Part shown: in pieces, positions 1-8,242 of the stretch
Position numbering within the stretch: position 1 is the first letter of the stretch
Layout: each line of letters starts with the position of its first letter
Assembly (NCBI GenBank): GCA_026398385.1
Contig: JAPLSZ010000263.1
Span: 1-41,154 of the forward strand
Direction of reading: 5' to 3'
DNA: 41,154 nucleotides
Source: Kiritimatiellota bacterium
GTDB lineage: Bacteria; Verrucomicrobiota; Kiritimatiellia; CAIQIC01
The notes under the pieces: generated by a model
What the model saw: only the letters and a program-made list of their open reading frames with translations
Database searches by the model: none
What the model was told of the DNA's origin: nothing
Made by a program: the position numbers and the translations under genes

Positions 1-971
1 CCCGGCTCCCCGGCTATGTCCAGACGCGTCAGCAGGACATCGCCAACCCGCTCCGGATCGAGGACCTGCTGGTCCATGTGTCCACCGCCACGCCGTCCGT
101 CATCCGCCGGGTCCAGGACTCGGACCTGGCCCGGCACTGGGTGGACGCACAGTCCCTGTTGACCGGCCAGACGTTGAAAGTTCCGCTGGCCTATATTCAC
201 GGCATCAGCGGCACCAACGGCTTGGCGGCGGGCAACCGGCTGGAAGAAGCCATTGTGCAAGCCACGCACGAGGTCTTTGAACGCCGGGCCGCCATTACCG
301 TTCTGCGGCACAAGCTGATCATGCCCACCTTCGATCTGACCACGATCGAGAACCCGATTATCCGCCGGCAACTGGAGGAGCTCCAGGCGCTCGGCATCGA
401 AATCTTCATCAAGGACTTTTCCTTTGGCGGCGTGCTGCCGTGCGTCGGCGTTTACTTTATCAATCACCACGTGCCCCAGGATCTGCAACTGCACCACATC
501 CTCAACGTGGGCACGTCCTTCGACCGGGAAGAGGCCGTCATGCGCGCCTGCACGGAATTCGCCCAAGGCCGCAAATTTCAGCAAACGAACGGGCCGCTGC
601 GGGACGATTTCGAGCGGCTCAAGTGCCTGGGGGACGACAGCGACCACTTTCTGGCACTGTTCAAGTTCGGCTACATCTCGTATACGCATGCGGATTTTCT
701 CAAGGCCGGCGAGGTCCTGCCCTTTGACCGGGGGCCTGTGTTCACCGATTGCCTGGACGAGATCGAGCAGGCCAAGTCCATCTTCCGGCAGCTAGGCCGG
801 GACTATCTCGTCGTCGAGCTCACCGATCCCCGCCTGGGCTTCCCCGTGGCGCAGGTGGTGGTGCCCGGGTATTCGGACATCCTCCCGTATCATCCCCGCT
901 CCAGCGAGGTGCTCTTCCGCGGATGGACCCGTAACGACATCGTAGGATATTATGACGCGATCACCGAGTAA
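1..971 (+). CDS. YcaO-domain protein, C-terminal part (5' end outside the window)
   Basis: The frame stays open from nt 3 to the TAA at 969-971, so the listed GTG at 78 is probably internal. GISGTNGLAAGNRLEEAIVQATHEVFERRA matches the conserved YcaO motif (G-N-x-x-EA...E-x-x-ER). The C-terminal PGYSDILPYHP is also typical of the family. Confidence 0.85.
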   Translation, partial: RLPGYVQTRQQDIANPLRIEDLLVHVSTATPSVIRRVQDSDLARHWVDAQSLLTGQTLKVPLAYIHGISGTNGLAAGNRLEEAIVQATHEVFERRAAITVLRHKLIMPTFDLTTIENPIIRRQLEELQALGIEIFIKDFSFGGVLPCVGVYFINHHVPQDLQLHHILNVGTSFDREEAVMRACTEFAQGRKFQQTNGPLRDDFERLKCLGDDSDHFLALFKFGYISYTHADFLKAGEVLPFDRGPVFTDCLDEIEQAKSIFRQLGRDYLVVELTDPRLGFPVAQVVVPGYSDILPYHPRSSEVLFRGWTRNDIVGYYDAITE

Positions 972-2820
972 GGTGTTGCTGGTCAACATGCCCTTTGCCG
1001 CGCCGGCGATCCCGTCCCTGGCCCTCACCCAGTTGCACGCCGTGGCCGCGGCCCGCTTCGCCGGGCAGCTCCAGATCGAGACGCTTTACCTGAATCACGA
1101 TTTCGCCCGTTACCTGGGCGACTTGGGCGCTTACAAACACGTGTTGTCCAACCAGGGCTTCATGACCGGCATCGGCGACTGGTTCTTTCGCACCGCCGCC
1201 TTCCCCGCGACACCCGACAATTCCGGCGAGTACTTCGCGCGCTACTATGCCGGCGCCGACGCCCCGGCCCAACGGGCGTGGAACGTCCTGCTGAGCCGCC
1301 GGGCGGATGTCGGGGCGCTGCTCGATTCCTGGATCGCGCAGTACCGGCTGGCGGAAGCCGGGGTGGTCGGGTTCACGGCGCTGTTTGCCCAGACCGTGGC
1401 CGCCTTCGCGATGGCCCGGCGGATCAAGGCGCTGAACCCAAACACCATCATTCTGATGGGCGGCGCCGCCTGTTCAGACGAGATGGGGTTGGAGTTCTCC
1501 CGGCGGGTGGAGGCCATCGACTATTTTTTCTCCGGACCCGGACTGGTCAGCTTCCCGGCCTTCCTGCGCGGCTGGCTGGACGGCGACCTGCCGGCCGCCG
1601 CCCGTCTGCCGGGGGTTTTCCCGGGGATCAGCCGCGCGCCGTCTCCGGCCGCGCCGCCGGCTGCGGCATCCGGTCAACTCCTGGGCGACGACCTCGACCT
1701 CGACACACCCGTGCCGCTGGCGTATGACGGGTTCCTCGACTCCCTGGAACGCGCGTTCCCCGGGGGTGAATTCAAGCCGATTCTGCCGTTCGAGACCTCC
1801 CGCGGCTGCTGGTGGGGCGAGCGCCAGCGCTGCGCCTTTTGCGGCTTGAACGGACCGGCGCTCCGCTTCCGGGCGATGCGCGCGGAGCGGGCGATCGCCC
1901 AGATCCGCGCCCTGTTCGCGTATGCCCCGCGCTGTGTTTTCCTCGAAAGCGTCGACACCATTCTCCCGAAAAACTATCTGGCCGACGTGCTGCCGGCGCT
2001 TCATCCGCCACCCGGACTGAAGGTGCAGTACGAGGTGCGGCCCCTGTTGGGCGAGGCGGAGTTGCAGACGCTCTGCGCGGCGGGCGTCACCGTGCTCCAG
2101 CCCGGGATCGAAAGCCTCGCGACAGCCACTCTGAAGCTCATGCGGAAAGGCACCACGGCGTTTCAGAACCTGCGCTTCCTCAAGGCGTGCAGCAAGTTTC
2201 CCCTGGAGGTGGGCTGGAACCTCCTGATCTATTCCCCGGGCGAAAGCGAAGCCACCTACGCGCGCTATCTGCGCGACCTGCCGCTGCTGATGCACCTGCA
2301 TCCGCCCCAGGCCGCCAGCCTGGTGGGGTTTGTCCGCTACAGCGAATACTACGAGCGGGCCCGCGCCTACGGCCTGGACTTGCAGCCCGAGGATTACTAC
2401 CGCCTGACGTTCCCCTTCGACGAGGCCGGACTGGCCCGGGTGGCCGTCAAATTTTACGACGCGCGGGCCGACGCGGACCGCATGGCCGACTGGCTGCGGC
2501 GGCTCAACGCGGCGATCGACCGCTGGCGGACCCGCTGGTTGAATCAGGATGGCCAGGCGGAAGCCCGCCTCTGCCTGGTGTGCGACGGCGACGCCGCGGT
2601 GGTGTACGACTCCCGCCCGGGTGCCCCCCGCCAACATGCGCTCACCACGACCCAGCGCGCCGTGCTGGAACTGCTCGAAACCCCGCGCACGCCGGCGGAT
2701 CTCGCGAAGGGACTGCCCCAGACGCCCGCCACGGACCTCGACGGCGCGTTGGCTTTTTTCAGCGAACACGGGCTGGTTTTTGAAGAAGACGGGCGCTACC
2801 TCAGCCTGGTGATCTCCTAA
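952..2820 (+). CDS. B12-binding (class B) radical SAM enzyme, RiPP-maturation C-methyltransferase-like
   Basis: 622-aa ORF. The N-terminus KVLLVNMPFAAPAIPSLALTQL is the typical start of a B12-binding-domain rSAM. The cluster motif ETSRGCWWGERQRCAFCGLNG (C-x7-C-x2-C) is as I recall for YcaO/TOMM-associated rSAM methyltransferases. The ATG at 952 overlaps the YcaO gene by 20 nt. The C-terminal ~60 aa look like a winged-helix/PqqD-like segment. Confidence 0.8.
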   Translation: MTRSPSKVLLVNMPFAAPAIPSLALTQLHAVAAARFAGQLQIETLYLNHDFARYLGDLGAYKHVLSNQGFMTGIGDWFFRTAAFPATPDNSGEYFARYYAGADAPAQRAWNVLLSRRADVGALLDSWIAQYRLAEAGVVGFTALFAQTVAAFAMARRIKALNPNTIILMGGAACSDEMGLEFSRRVEAIDYFFSGPGLVSFPAFLRGWLDGDLPAAARLPGVFPGISRAPSPAAPPAAASGQLLGDDLDLDTPVPLAYDGFLDSLERAFPGGEFKPILPFETSRGCWWGERQRCAFCGLNGPALRFRAMRAERAIAQIRALFAYAPRCVFLESVDTILPKNYLADVLPALHPPPGLKVQYEVRPLLGEAELQTLCAAGVTVLQPGIESLATATLKLMRKGTTAFQNLRFLKACSKFPLEVGWNLLIYSPGESEATYARYLRDLPLLMHLHPPQAASLVGFVRYSEYYERARAYGLDLQPEDYYRLTFPFDEAGLARVAVKFYDARADADRMADWLRRLNAAIDRWRTRWLNQDGQAEARLCLVCDGDAAVVYDSRPGAPRQHALTTTQRAVLELLETPRTPADLAKGLPQTPATDLDGALAFFSEHGLVFEEDGRYLSLVIS

Positions 2821-2926
2821 TCGGATTGTCTTTCATGCCGAATGTGTTAGCCTGAGATTTTAGGGATGTGATGGGCAGGTTCGAGACACCCGGAACGAAC
2901 GAAGCCGGGCAGAGGAGCGCACCGCC

Positions 2927-4237
2927 ATGAAAAGCTTATCGTGTGCGATCGTACTGCTGATCCAGATGGCGCTGGGGTCGCACGCCCAGATCAACCCGAC
3001 TTGGAACGCGACGCCCAACGACGTGAACAACCTGCTGAAAAGCATGAAGGACATGATCGGCGTCAACTACAACATGCAGATCAAATCGCTGGGCGAAGTC
3101 AGCGCCGACGCCTCCCGCGATCCGATCCTCTTCCGGTCGGGACATTATAATTACCAGTATACCGACGAGCAGCGGCAGCGCCTGCGCGCGTATATGCTGG
3201 GGGGCGGCATGATCATTTTCAATACGGGCCTGGGCTCGGCGCCCTTCTACCGGTCCACGGTAAAGGAACTGGCGGCCATCTTCCCCGAGCAGCCGCTGCA
3301 ACGGCTGACAGCCGACCATCCCATCTTTCATTCCTATTACGACCTCGACCGGGTGAATTATCTGCCGGGCGTGGCCAAGTCCGGCTATGCCGGCAACGAG
3401 CCCTGGTTCGACGCGATCGAACTCAATTGCCGGGTGGTGGCCCTGGTGTCCCGCTGGTGCCTGGCGGTCGGGTGGGAGGATTTCGAGAAGCCGGAGTTTC
3501 AGGCCTATACGGCGACCTCCGCGAAAAAACTGGGCGTGAATATTTTTTCCTATGCGTCCGCCATGCGGGCGTGGGCCAAGAATGCAGCGAACTCCATCAA
3601 ATTCGTGGACAAGAATGAAGGCTCCGCAGACCAGGTGGCCATGGTCCAGGTGGTCTACGACGGGGTCTGGAAAACCCGGCACGCCGGCCTTTCGGTGCTG
3701 CTCCAGACCTTCAACCAGAAAACCGAGGTGCCGGTCAAGTACCGGGTCAGGGAAACGCGCCTCAAGGATCCCAGGATTTTCGACGCCCCCTTGCTCTACC
3801 TGACCGGCCACGAGTATTTCACGGTCACCGCCATCGAAGCGGCCCAGCTCAAGAAATACCTGGAAAACGGCGGGTTCCTCTTCGCGGAGGCGTGTTGCGG
3901 GCGCAAAGGGTTCGACCTGGCTTTCCGTCAATTGATGCAATACATCCTGCCCTCCAAGCCGCTGCGCGAAATTCCGCTGGACTCCCCGGTGTTCCGCTCG
4001 CCGAACGATGTGCGCAAGGTGGGCGTGACGCCCATGCTGCAGCAGGATCTGAACAAGACGGCCATCGCCCCCCGGCTGGAAGGCGTTGATTTCAACGGAC
4101 ATTATTCGGTGATCTACAGTCCTTACGGCATGGCCGGCGGCTGGGAAATGTCGCAGAGCCCCTATGCCCGGGGCTACGACGACAGCGGGTCGCAACGGCT
4201 CGGACAGAATATTCTGATGTATGCTGTTACGCAGTAA
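2927..4237 (+). CDS. DUF4159-like protein (two tandem copies of the domain), signal peptide
   Basis: 436-aa ORF with AGAGGAG upstream of the ATG and an N-terminal signal-like segment. It contains an internal duplication. First copy: ILFRSGHYNYQYTDEQRQRLRAYMLGGGMIIF...DHPIFHSYYDL. Second copy: LLYLTGHEYFTVTAIEAAQLKKYLENGGFLFAE...DSPVFRSPNDV. This is the DUF4159 pattern usually found next to MoxR/BatA operons. Confidence 0.75.
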   Translation: MKSLSCAIVLLIQMALGSHAQINPTWNATPNDVNNLLKSMKDMIGVNYNMQIKSLGEVSADASRDPILFRSGHYNYQYTDEQRQRLRAYMLGGGMIIFNTGLGSAPFYRSTVKELAAIFPEQPLQRLTADHPIFHSYYDLDRVNYLPGVAKSGYAGNEPWFDAIELNCRVVALVSRWCLAVGWEDFEKPEFQAYTATSAKKLGVNIFSYASAMRAWAKNAANSIKFVDKNEGSADQVAMVQVVYDGVWKTRHAGLSVLLQTFNQKTEVPVKYRVRETRLKDPRIFDAPLLYLTGHEYFTVTAIEAAQLKKYLENGGFLFAEACCGRKGFDLAFRQLMQYILPSKPLREIPLDSPVFRSPNDVRKVGVTPMLQQDLNKTAIAPRLEGVDFNGHYSVIYSPYGMAGGWEMSQSPYARGYDDSGSQRLGQNILMYAVTQ

Positions 4238-4259
4238 GCGCGCCGCCGCGAGGTACGGA

Positions 4260-4991
4260 ATGAAGACGGGGACCAAGCCATCGAAAGGGAGAACCGGGGC
4301 GCTACTGGGCCGGGCGCTGGCGCTGGCCGCCTGCTGCGCGTGGGCCGGCCGGTCGGCCGACGGCAAGACCGCCAACGGCAACGAATTGGCGCTGCAGCAT
4401 TTTTTCCGATACCTGCGGATCCTCAGCCTGCAGGAGGGCGAAAGTAACGGCTACCCCCATGTGAGCCTGTCCCTGTGCGAACCCAGTTCCCAGATGACGG
4501 TGAAGTGCAAGGTGATGAAATCCCTCTCCCTGGCGAAACTCAAGGAAGATCCGCCCGTCAAGGTGGGCGAAGCCGTCGCCCTCACCGGCGTGGTGGCCGG
4601 CGTGAATCCGGCCGAGAAAGCGATCACGCTGAATCCGGTCATTGTCCGCCACCGGGACCGGCTGGCGCCCAAACCGGGCAAGGAGTTGCTCTACGAGGTC
4701 GATTCCTCCGCGGTGGTCTATTCGTTCACCGGCGGCAAGAATCCGGTCAATGTGACCAAGCGGGACGAGGATCTGCTGCAGCAGGAAGGCGCCATCCTGG
4801 CCTCACAGGGCAAGGACGGCTGGGCCCGGTTCCTGCTGCAGGAAATCGCCAAGCGGGACCAGGCGGCCCTGGCCAAGCGCAACCAGTTGAATATTTTCAG
4901 GCGGGAAGCCGCGCCCCCGACGGCGGACGAACTGCCGCCGGGCGCCGCCACGAACCCGCCACCGCCGATCACGGAGGGCGAGGACGATTGA
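4260..4991 (+). CDS. hypothetical protein, probable signal peptide/lipoprotein, Pro-rich acidic tail
   Basis: The ORF track gives 4221..4991. The ATG at 4260 is preceded by GAGGTACGGA and gives MKTGTKPSKGRTGALLGRALALAACCAWAG. It is co-directional and tightly packed with its neighbours. No family was recognised. Confidence 0.55.
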   Translation: MKTGTKPSKGRTGALLGRALALAACCAWAGRSADGKTANGNELALQHFFRYLRILSLQEGESNGYPHVSLSLCEPSSQMTVKCKVMKSLSLAKLKEDPPVKVGEAVALTGVVAGVNPAEKAITLNPVIVRHRDRLAPKPGKELLYEVDSSAVVYSFTGGKNPVNVTKRDEDLLQQEGAILASQGKDGWARFLLQEIAKRDQAALAKRNQLNIFRREAAPPTADELPPGAATNPPPPITEGEDD

Positions 4992-5041
4992 CCACGCCCG
5001 GCGCCGCCGCCACCCGCTTGAACCGAACCCGGTAGCAACCC

Positions 5042-5965
5042 ATGCCCAACCCGCCCAGCGAGCCGAAAGCCGAAGGAATCGCCGCCTTCCTGAATCCCGA
5101 GGAGATGCACAAACTCAACCGGATCGTCCTGCTGTCGCGCTACGTGGTGGAAGGCAACCTGGCCGGCGCGCATCGTAGCCCGCTGAAAGGCGCCAGTTCG
5201 GAGTTTTCGGATCACAAGATGTACGGCATCGGCGACGACCCGAAGCATGTCGACTGGAAGGTGCTGGGTCGCACCGACCGTTACTACGTCAAGCGCTACG
5301 AAGACGAAACCAACCTGCGGGTTTACATCGCCCTCGACCGCAGCGGTTCCATGGGCTACGGCAGCGGCGGGATCACCAAATACCATTTCGCCTGCCGCCT
5401 GGCGGCCGCGCTGGCCTATGTGGTGATCAAGGCGCGGGACTCGGTCGGACTGTTCTTGTTCTCCGACAAGATCGACGTGGAAATGGAGCCCCGCAATTCC
5501 TTCAACCATCTGAACAACCTGCTGAAGCGACTCCAGGAGAAGCCGCCCGCCGCGACCACCCAGGCGGCGGGCGCGCTTCATCAGATCGCCGGGGCGGTCC
5601 GCAAGCGCGGTTTGATCGTCGTGATTTCCGACCTGCTCGACAACGAACACGAGATCAACCTGGCGCTGGCCCATTTCCGGAAGCGGTTGCACGATGTGAT
5701 TGTGTTCCATGTGCTGGACCCGGCGGAACTGGACCTTGCCTTTAATAAAGGCTTTGAGTTCGAAGATCTGGAGACCCTGGAGAAGATCACGGCCGACCCG
5801 CGCACGCTGGCCCAGGAATATCAGCGCGTGTTCGGCGCGTTTCTGGAACAATACCGGACCGCGTGCGAAGGGCTGAAGGTGGATTACCGCCTGGCGCGCA
5901 CCGATCAGACGGCCGAGCAGTTTATCCGGGCCTATCTGGAGGAACGACGGAAGCTTTCGAAGTAG
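5042..5965 (+). CDS. DUF58 domain protein (VWA-like, MoxR-associated)
   Basis: The string GAHRSPLKGASSEFSDHKMYGIGDDPKHVDWKVLGRTDRYYVKRYEDETNLRVYIALDRSGSMGYG is the canonical DUF58 signature, including a D-x-S-x-S MIDAS-like motif. Confidence 0.9.
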   Translation: MPNPPSEPKAEGIAAFLNPEEMHKLNRIVLLSRYVVEGNLAGAHRSPLKGASSEFSDHKMYGIGDDPKHVDWKVLGRTDRYYVKRYEDETNLRVYIALDRSGSMGYGSGGITKYHFACRLAAALAYVVIKARDSVGLFLFSDKIDVEMEPRNSFNHLNNLLKRLQEKPPAATTQAAGALHQIAGAVRKRGLIVVISDLLDNEHEINLALAHFRKRLHDVIVFHVLDPAELDLAFNKGFEFEDLETLEKITADPRTLAQEYQRVFGAFLEQYRTACEGLKVDYRLARTDQTAEQFIRAYLEERRKLSK

Positions 5966-5992
5966 CGGCGCGGAACGGGATGGCTGTGGCTT

Positions 5993-8206
5993 ATGTTTTC
6001 TTTGCTGGCTCCACAATTTTTGATCGCCGGGATCGCCCTCCTGCTGCCGCTCGTGCTGCACCTGATCCAGTCCAACCGGACGGTGCGCCTGCCGTTCAGC
6101 ACCATTCGCTTCCTGAAGCTCGCCGCCAAGCGGTCCTCCCGGCGCGTCAAAATGGAACACTTTCTCCTGTGGCTGCTGCGCACGTTGCTGCTGGCCGCGC
6201 TGGTGCTGGCCTTCGCCATGCCCATGATCCGCACCAAGGACTTCCGCAACTTCCTCGGACAGGCGGCGCGGGATGTCGCCATCGTCGTGGACGCGTCCTA
6301 CAGCATGGGCTACAAGACCGGGGAGCGCACGGTCTGGAACCAGGCTTCGGAACTGGCGGCCGAAATCATCGCGGGCCTGTCGGAAAAGGATCGCTTCTGC
6401 GTGTATCTCGCCACCAGCCAGGTCACGCCGATCTACGAGCAGCTGACGGGCGCCAAGGAGCGCGAAGCGGCCGGCACCCGGCTCAGGGGCCTCAAGCTGG
6501 GCTACGACTCGTCCCAACTGTGTCCCGCGCTCATCGCCGCCAATAAAACGCTGGAGCAGGAACAGCGCCGCACCGAGCGCGAGATCCACATCATCAGCGA
6601 TACCCACGCGCTGCCCTGGGAACGCTTTCAGCGGGATAACCAGGCCATCCCGGCCCAGGGTCCCGCCCGGCCGGAAGCCCAACCCGCGGCGCCCAGCCCC
6701 TCCGGAAACCTGTGGGATCCGAACCTGATCAACGAGCGCACGACCTGCTTCGTGACGCTGCTGGGCTCGCCGGCGCCGGAAAACGCGGCGCCCACCGACA
6801 TCGCGCTGGAGCCCCAACTGATCACGCCCGCCACGGCGGCCAAACTGACCGTGCGGCTCGCCCGCACAGGCCCGGCCCGGGAGACCACGGCGACGGTGTT
6901 CGTGGATGACAAAGAAGTGGCGCGCCGCTCCGCGGTCATCGGCAACAGCGGCGAAATCGAGTTGCTCCTGCCGCCGGTGGGCCACGGCGTGCACGTCGTC
7001 CGGGTGGAAACGCCGGACGACAGCTTGCCGGTGGACAATGCGTTTCATTTCCTGATGCGCGCCCGGCAGAAACTGCCGGTGCTGTGCGTCGGATCGAAGG
7101 ACAACAGCTTGTTCCTGCGCGCCGCCCTGTCCGTCGGGCTCGGCGGCGTTTCGCCCATCGAAGCCAAATACATCCAGCCCGACCAACTATCCGGCGAACA
7201 ACTCTCGTCCTATGTCTGCGTTTTTCTGTGCAACGTCCTGCCGCTGCCGGGCCAGGAGATCGTGCGCCTGGAGCAATACCTCCGCGCCGGCGGGTTGGCC
7301 GTTCTCTTCCCTGGCGATGGGGCGCAGGCCGCGGATTACAAGGTCTGGAGCTGTCTGCCCGGAACGCCCGCCTCTATTGCGGAGTTGCCGGTGGCGGAGC
7401 GCAAGCGGCTGCTGACCTGGGACAAGCCCCAGCACCCCCTGTTCGGCAGCCTCAAGGAGGGCGGCTTGGCCCCCGCGTTGGCCGTCAAGCGCAGCCTGCG
7501 TTATACCGCCTTCCAGGAGAAGGCCGCCACCCTGATTTCGACCGGCACCGGCCATCCCTTCCTGGTATCCGTCCCCTTCGGGCGCGGCGAGATGTTCCTG
7601 TTTTCCGTGTCGGCGGATCGCGGCTGGAGCGATTTCCCGCTGTCGCCGTTCTACCTCCCGATCATGCACCAGATCGTGCACTATGCCGCCGGTGTCGGCG
7701 CCTCCAGACCCTATCAATGGTGCACCGACAGCCTGTCGCTGCAGGAGTATCTGCCGGAGGCCACGCGCGAGTCGGTCCTGAAAGATCCGGAGGGCCAGAC
7801 CGTGTCCGTGCGCAGCGCCATGGTGGACGGGCAAGCGGTCTTGCACGCGGAAGGGCTCACCCAACCCGGCCTTTACACGTTGACCACGCCGCCGGAGCCG
7901 GCGCCCCACCCGGCCCTGGCGCTGAACATGCCCCGGGCCGAGTCGAACCTGACCCCCATCCGCCCGGAATCGGTCGCGGCCCTGCTGGGATTGAAAAACC
8001 TGGTGGTCACCACCAGCCGGGACGAGCTGCTGCGCAAGCTCGACGAGTCCAGGGTCGGCCGGACGCTCGGCGAGCAGTTCCTCTGGCTGGCCTTGCTCAT
8101 CGCCCTGCTGGAATCTTTTTACAGCAACTGGCTGACGCGGCCGGGGGGCCGGCTGACCGATCACTTGTCCATTGAAGCTTCGGGGAAAATAGCACGAAAA
8201 GCGTAG
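5993..8206 (+). CDS. BatA-type N-terminal double-TM domain protein with VWA domain
   Basis: The N-terminus LLAPQFLIAGIALLLPLVLHLIQSNRTVRLPFSTIRFLK is the aerotolerance-regulator (BatA) N-terminal domain. VAIVVDASYSMGY is a MIDAS motif. There is a C-terminal TM segment (LWLALLIALLESFY). Confidence 0.85.
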   Translation: MFSLLAPQFLIAGIALLLPLVLHLIQSNRTVRLPFSTIRFLKLAAKRSSRRVKMEHFLLWLLRTLLLAALVLAFAMPMIRTKDFRNFLGQAARDVAIVVDASYSMGYKTGERTVWNQASELAAEIIAGLSEKDRFCVYLATSQVTPIYEQLTGAKEREAAGTRLRGLKLGYDSSQLCPALIAANKTLEQEQRRTEREIHIISDTHALPWERFQRDNQAIPAQGPARPEAQPAAPSPSGNLWDPNLINERTTCFVTLLGSPAPENAAPTDIALEPQLITPATAAKLTVRLARTGPARETTATVFVDDKEVARRSAVIGNSGEIELLLPPVGHGVHVVRVETPDDSLPVDNAFHFLMRARQKLPVLCVGSKDNSLFLRAALSVGLGGVSPIEAKYIQPDQLSGEQLSSYVCVFLCNVLPLPGQEIVRLEQYLRAGGLAVLFPGDGAQAADYKVWSCLPGTPASIAELPVAERKRLLTWDKPQHPLFGSLKEGGLAPALAVKRSLRYTAFQEKAATLISTGTGHPFLVSVPFGRGEMFLFSVSADRGWSDFPLSPFYLPIMHQIVHYAAGVGASRPYQWCTDSLSLQEYLPEATRESVLKDPEGQTVSVRSAMVDGQAVLHAEGLTQPGLYTLTTPPEPAPHPALALNMPRAESNLTPIRPESVAALLGLKNLVVTTSRDELLRKLDESRVGRTLGEQFLWLALLIALLESFYSNWLTRPGGRLTDHLSIEASGKIARKA

Positions 8207-8242
8207 CGCGCTGGGCCGCGGGGTGGCCCCGCGGAAAACGAT

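Noticed and set aside
2860-2895. A GGTTCGAG string (T-loop-like) in the spacer before the DUF4159 gene hinted at a tRNA or tRNA relic.
   Set aside because: No complementary T-stem, acceptor stem or D-arm could be drawn around it. It is probably a chance match.
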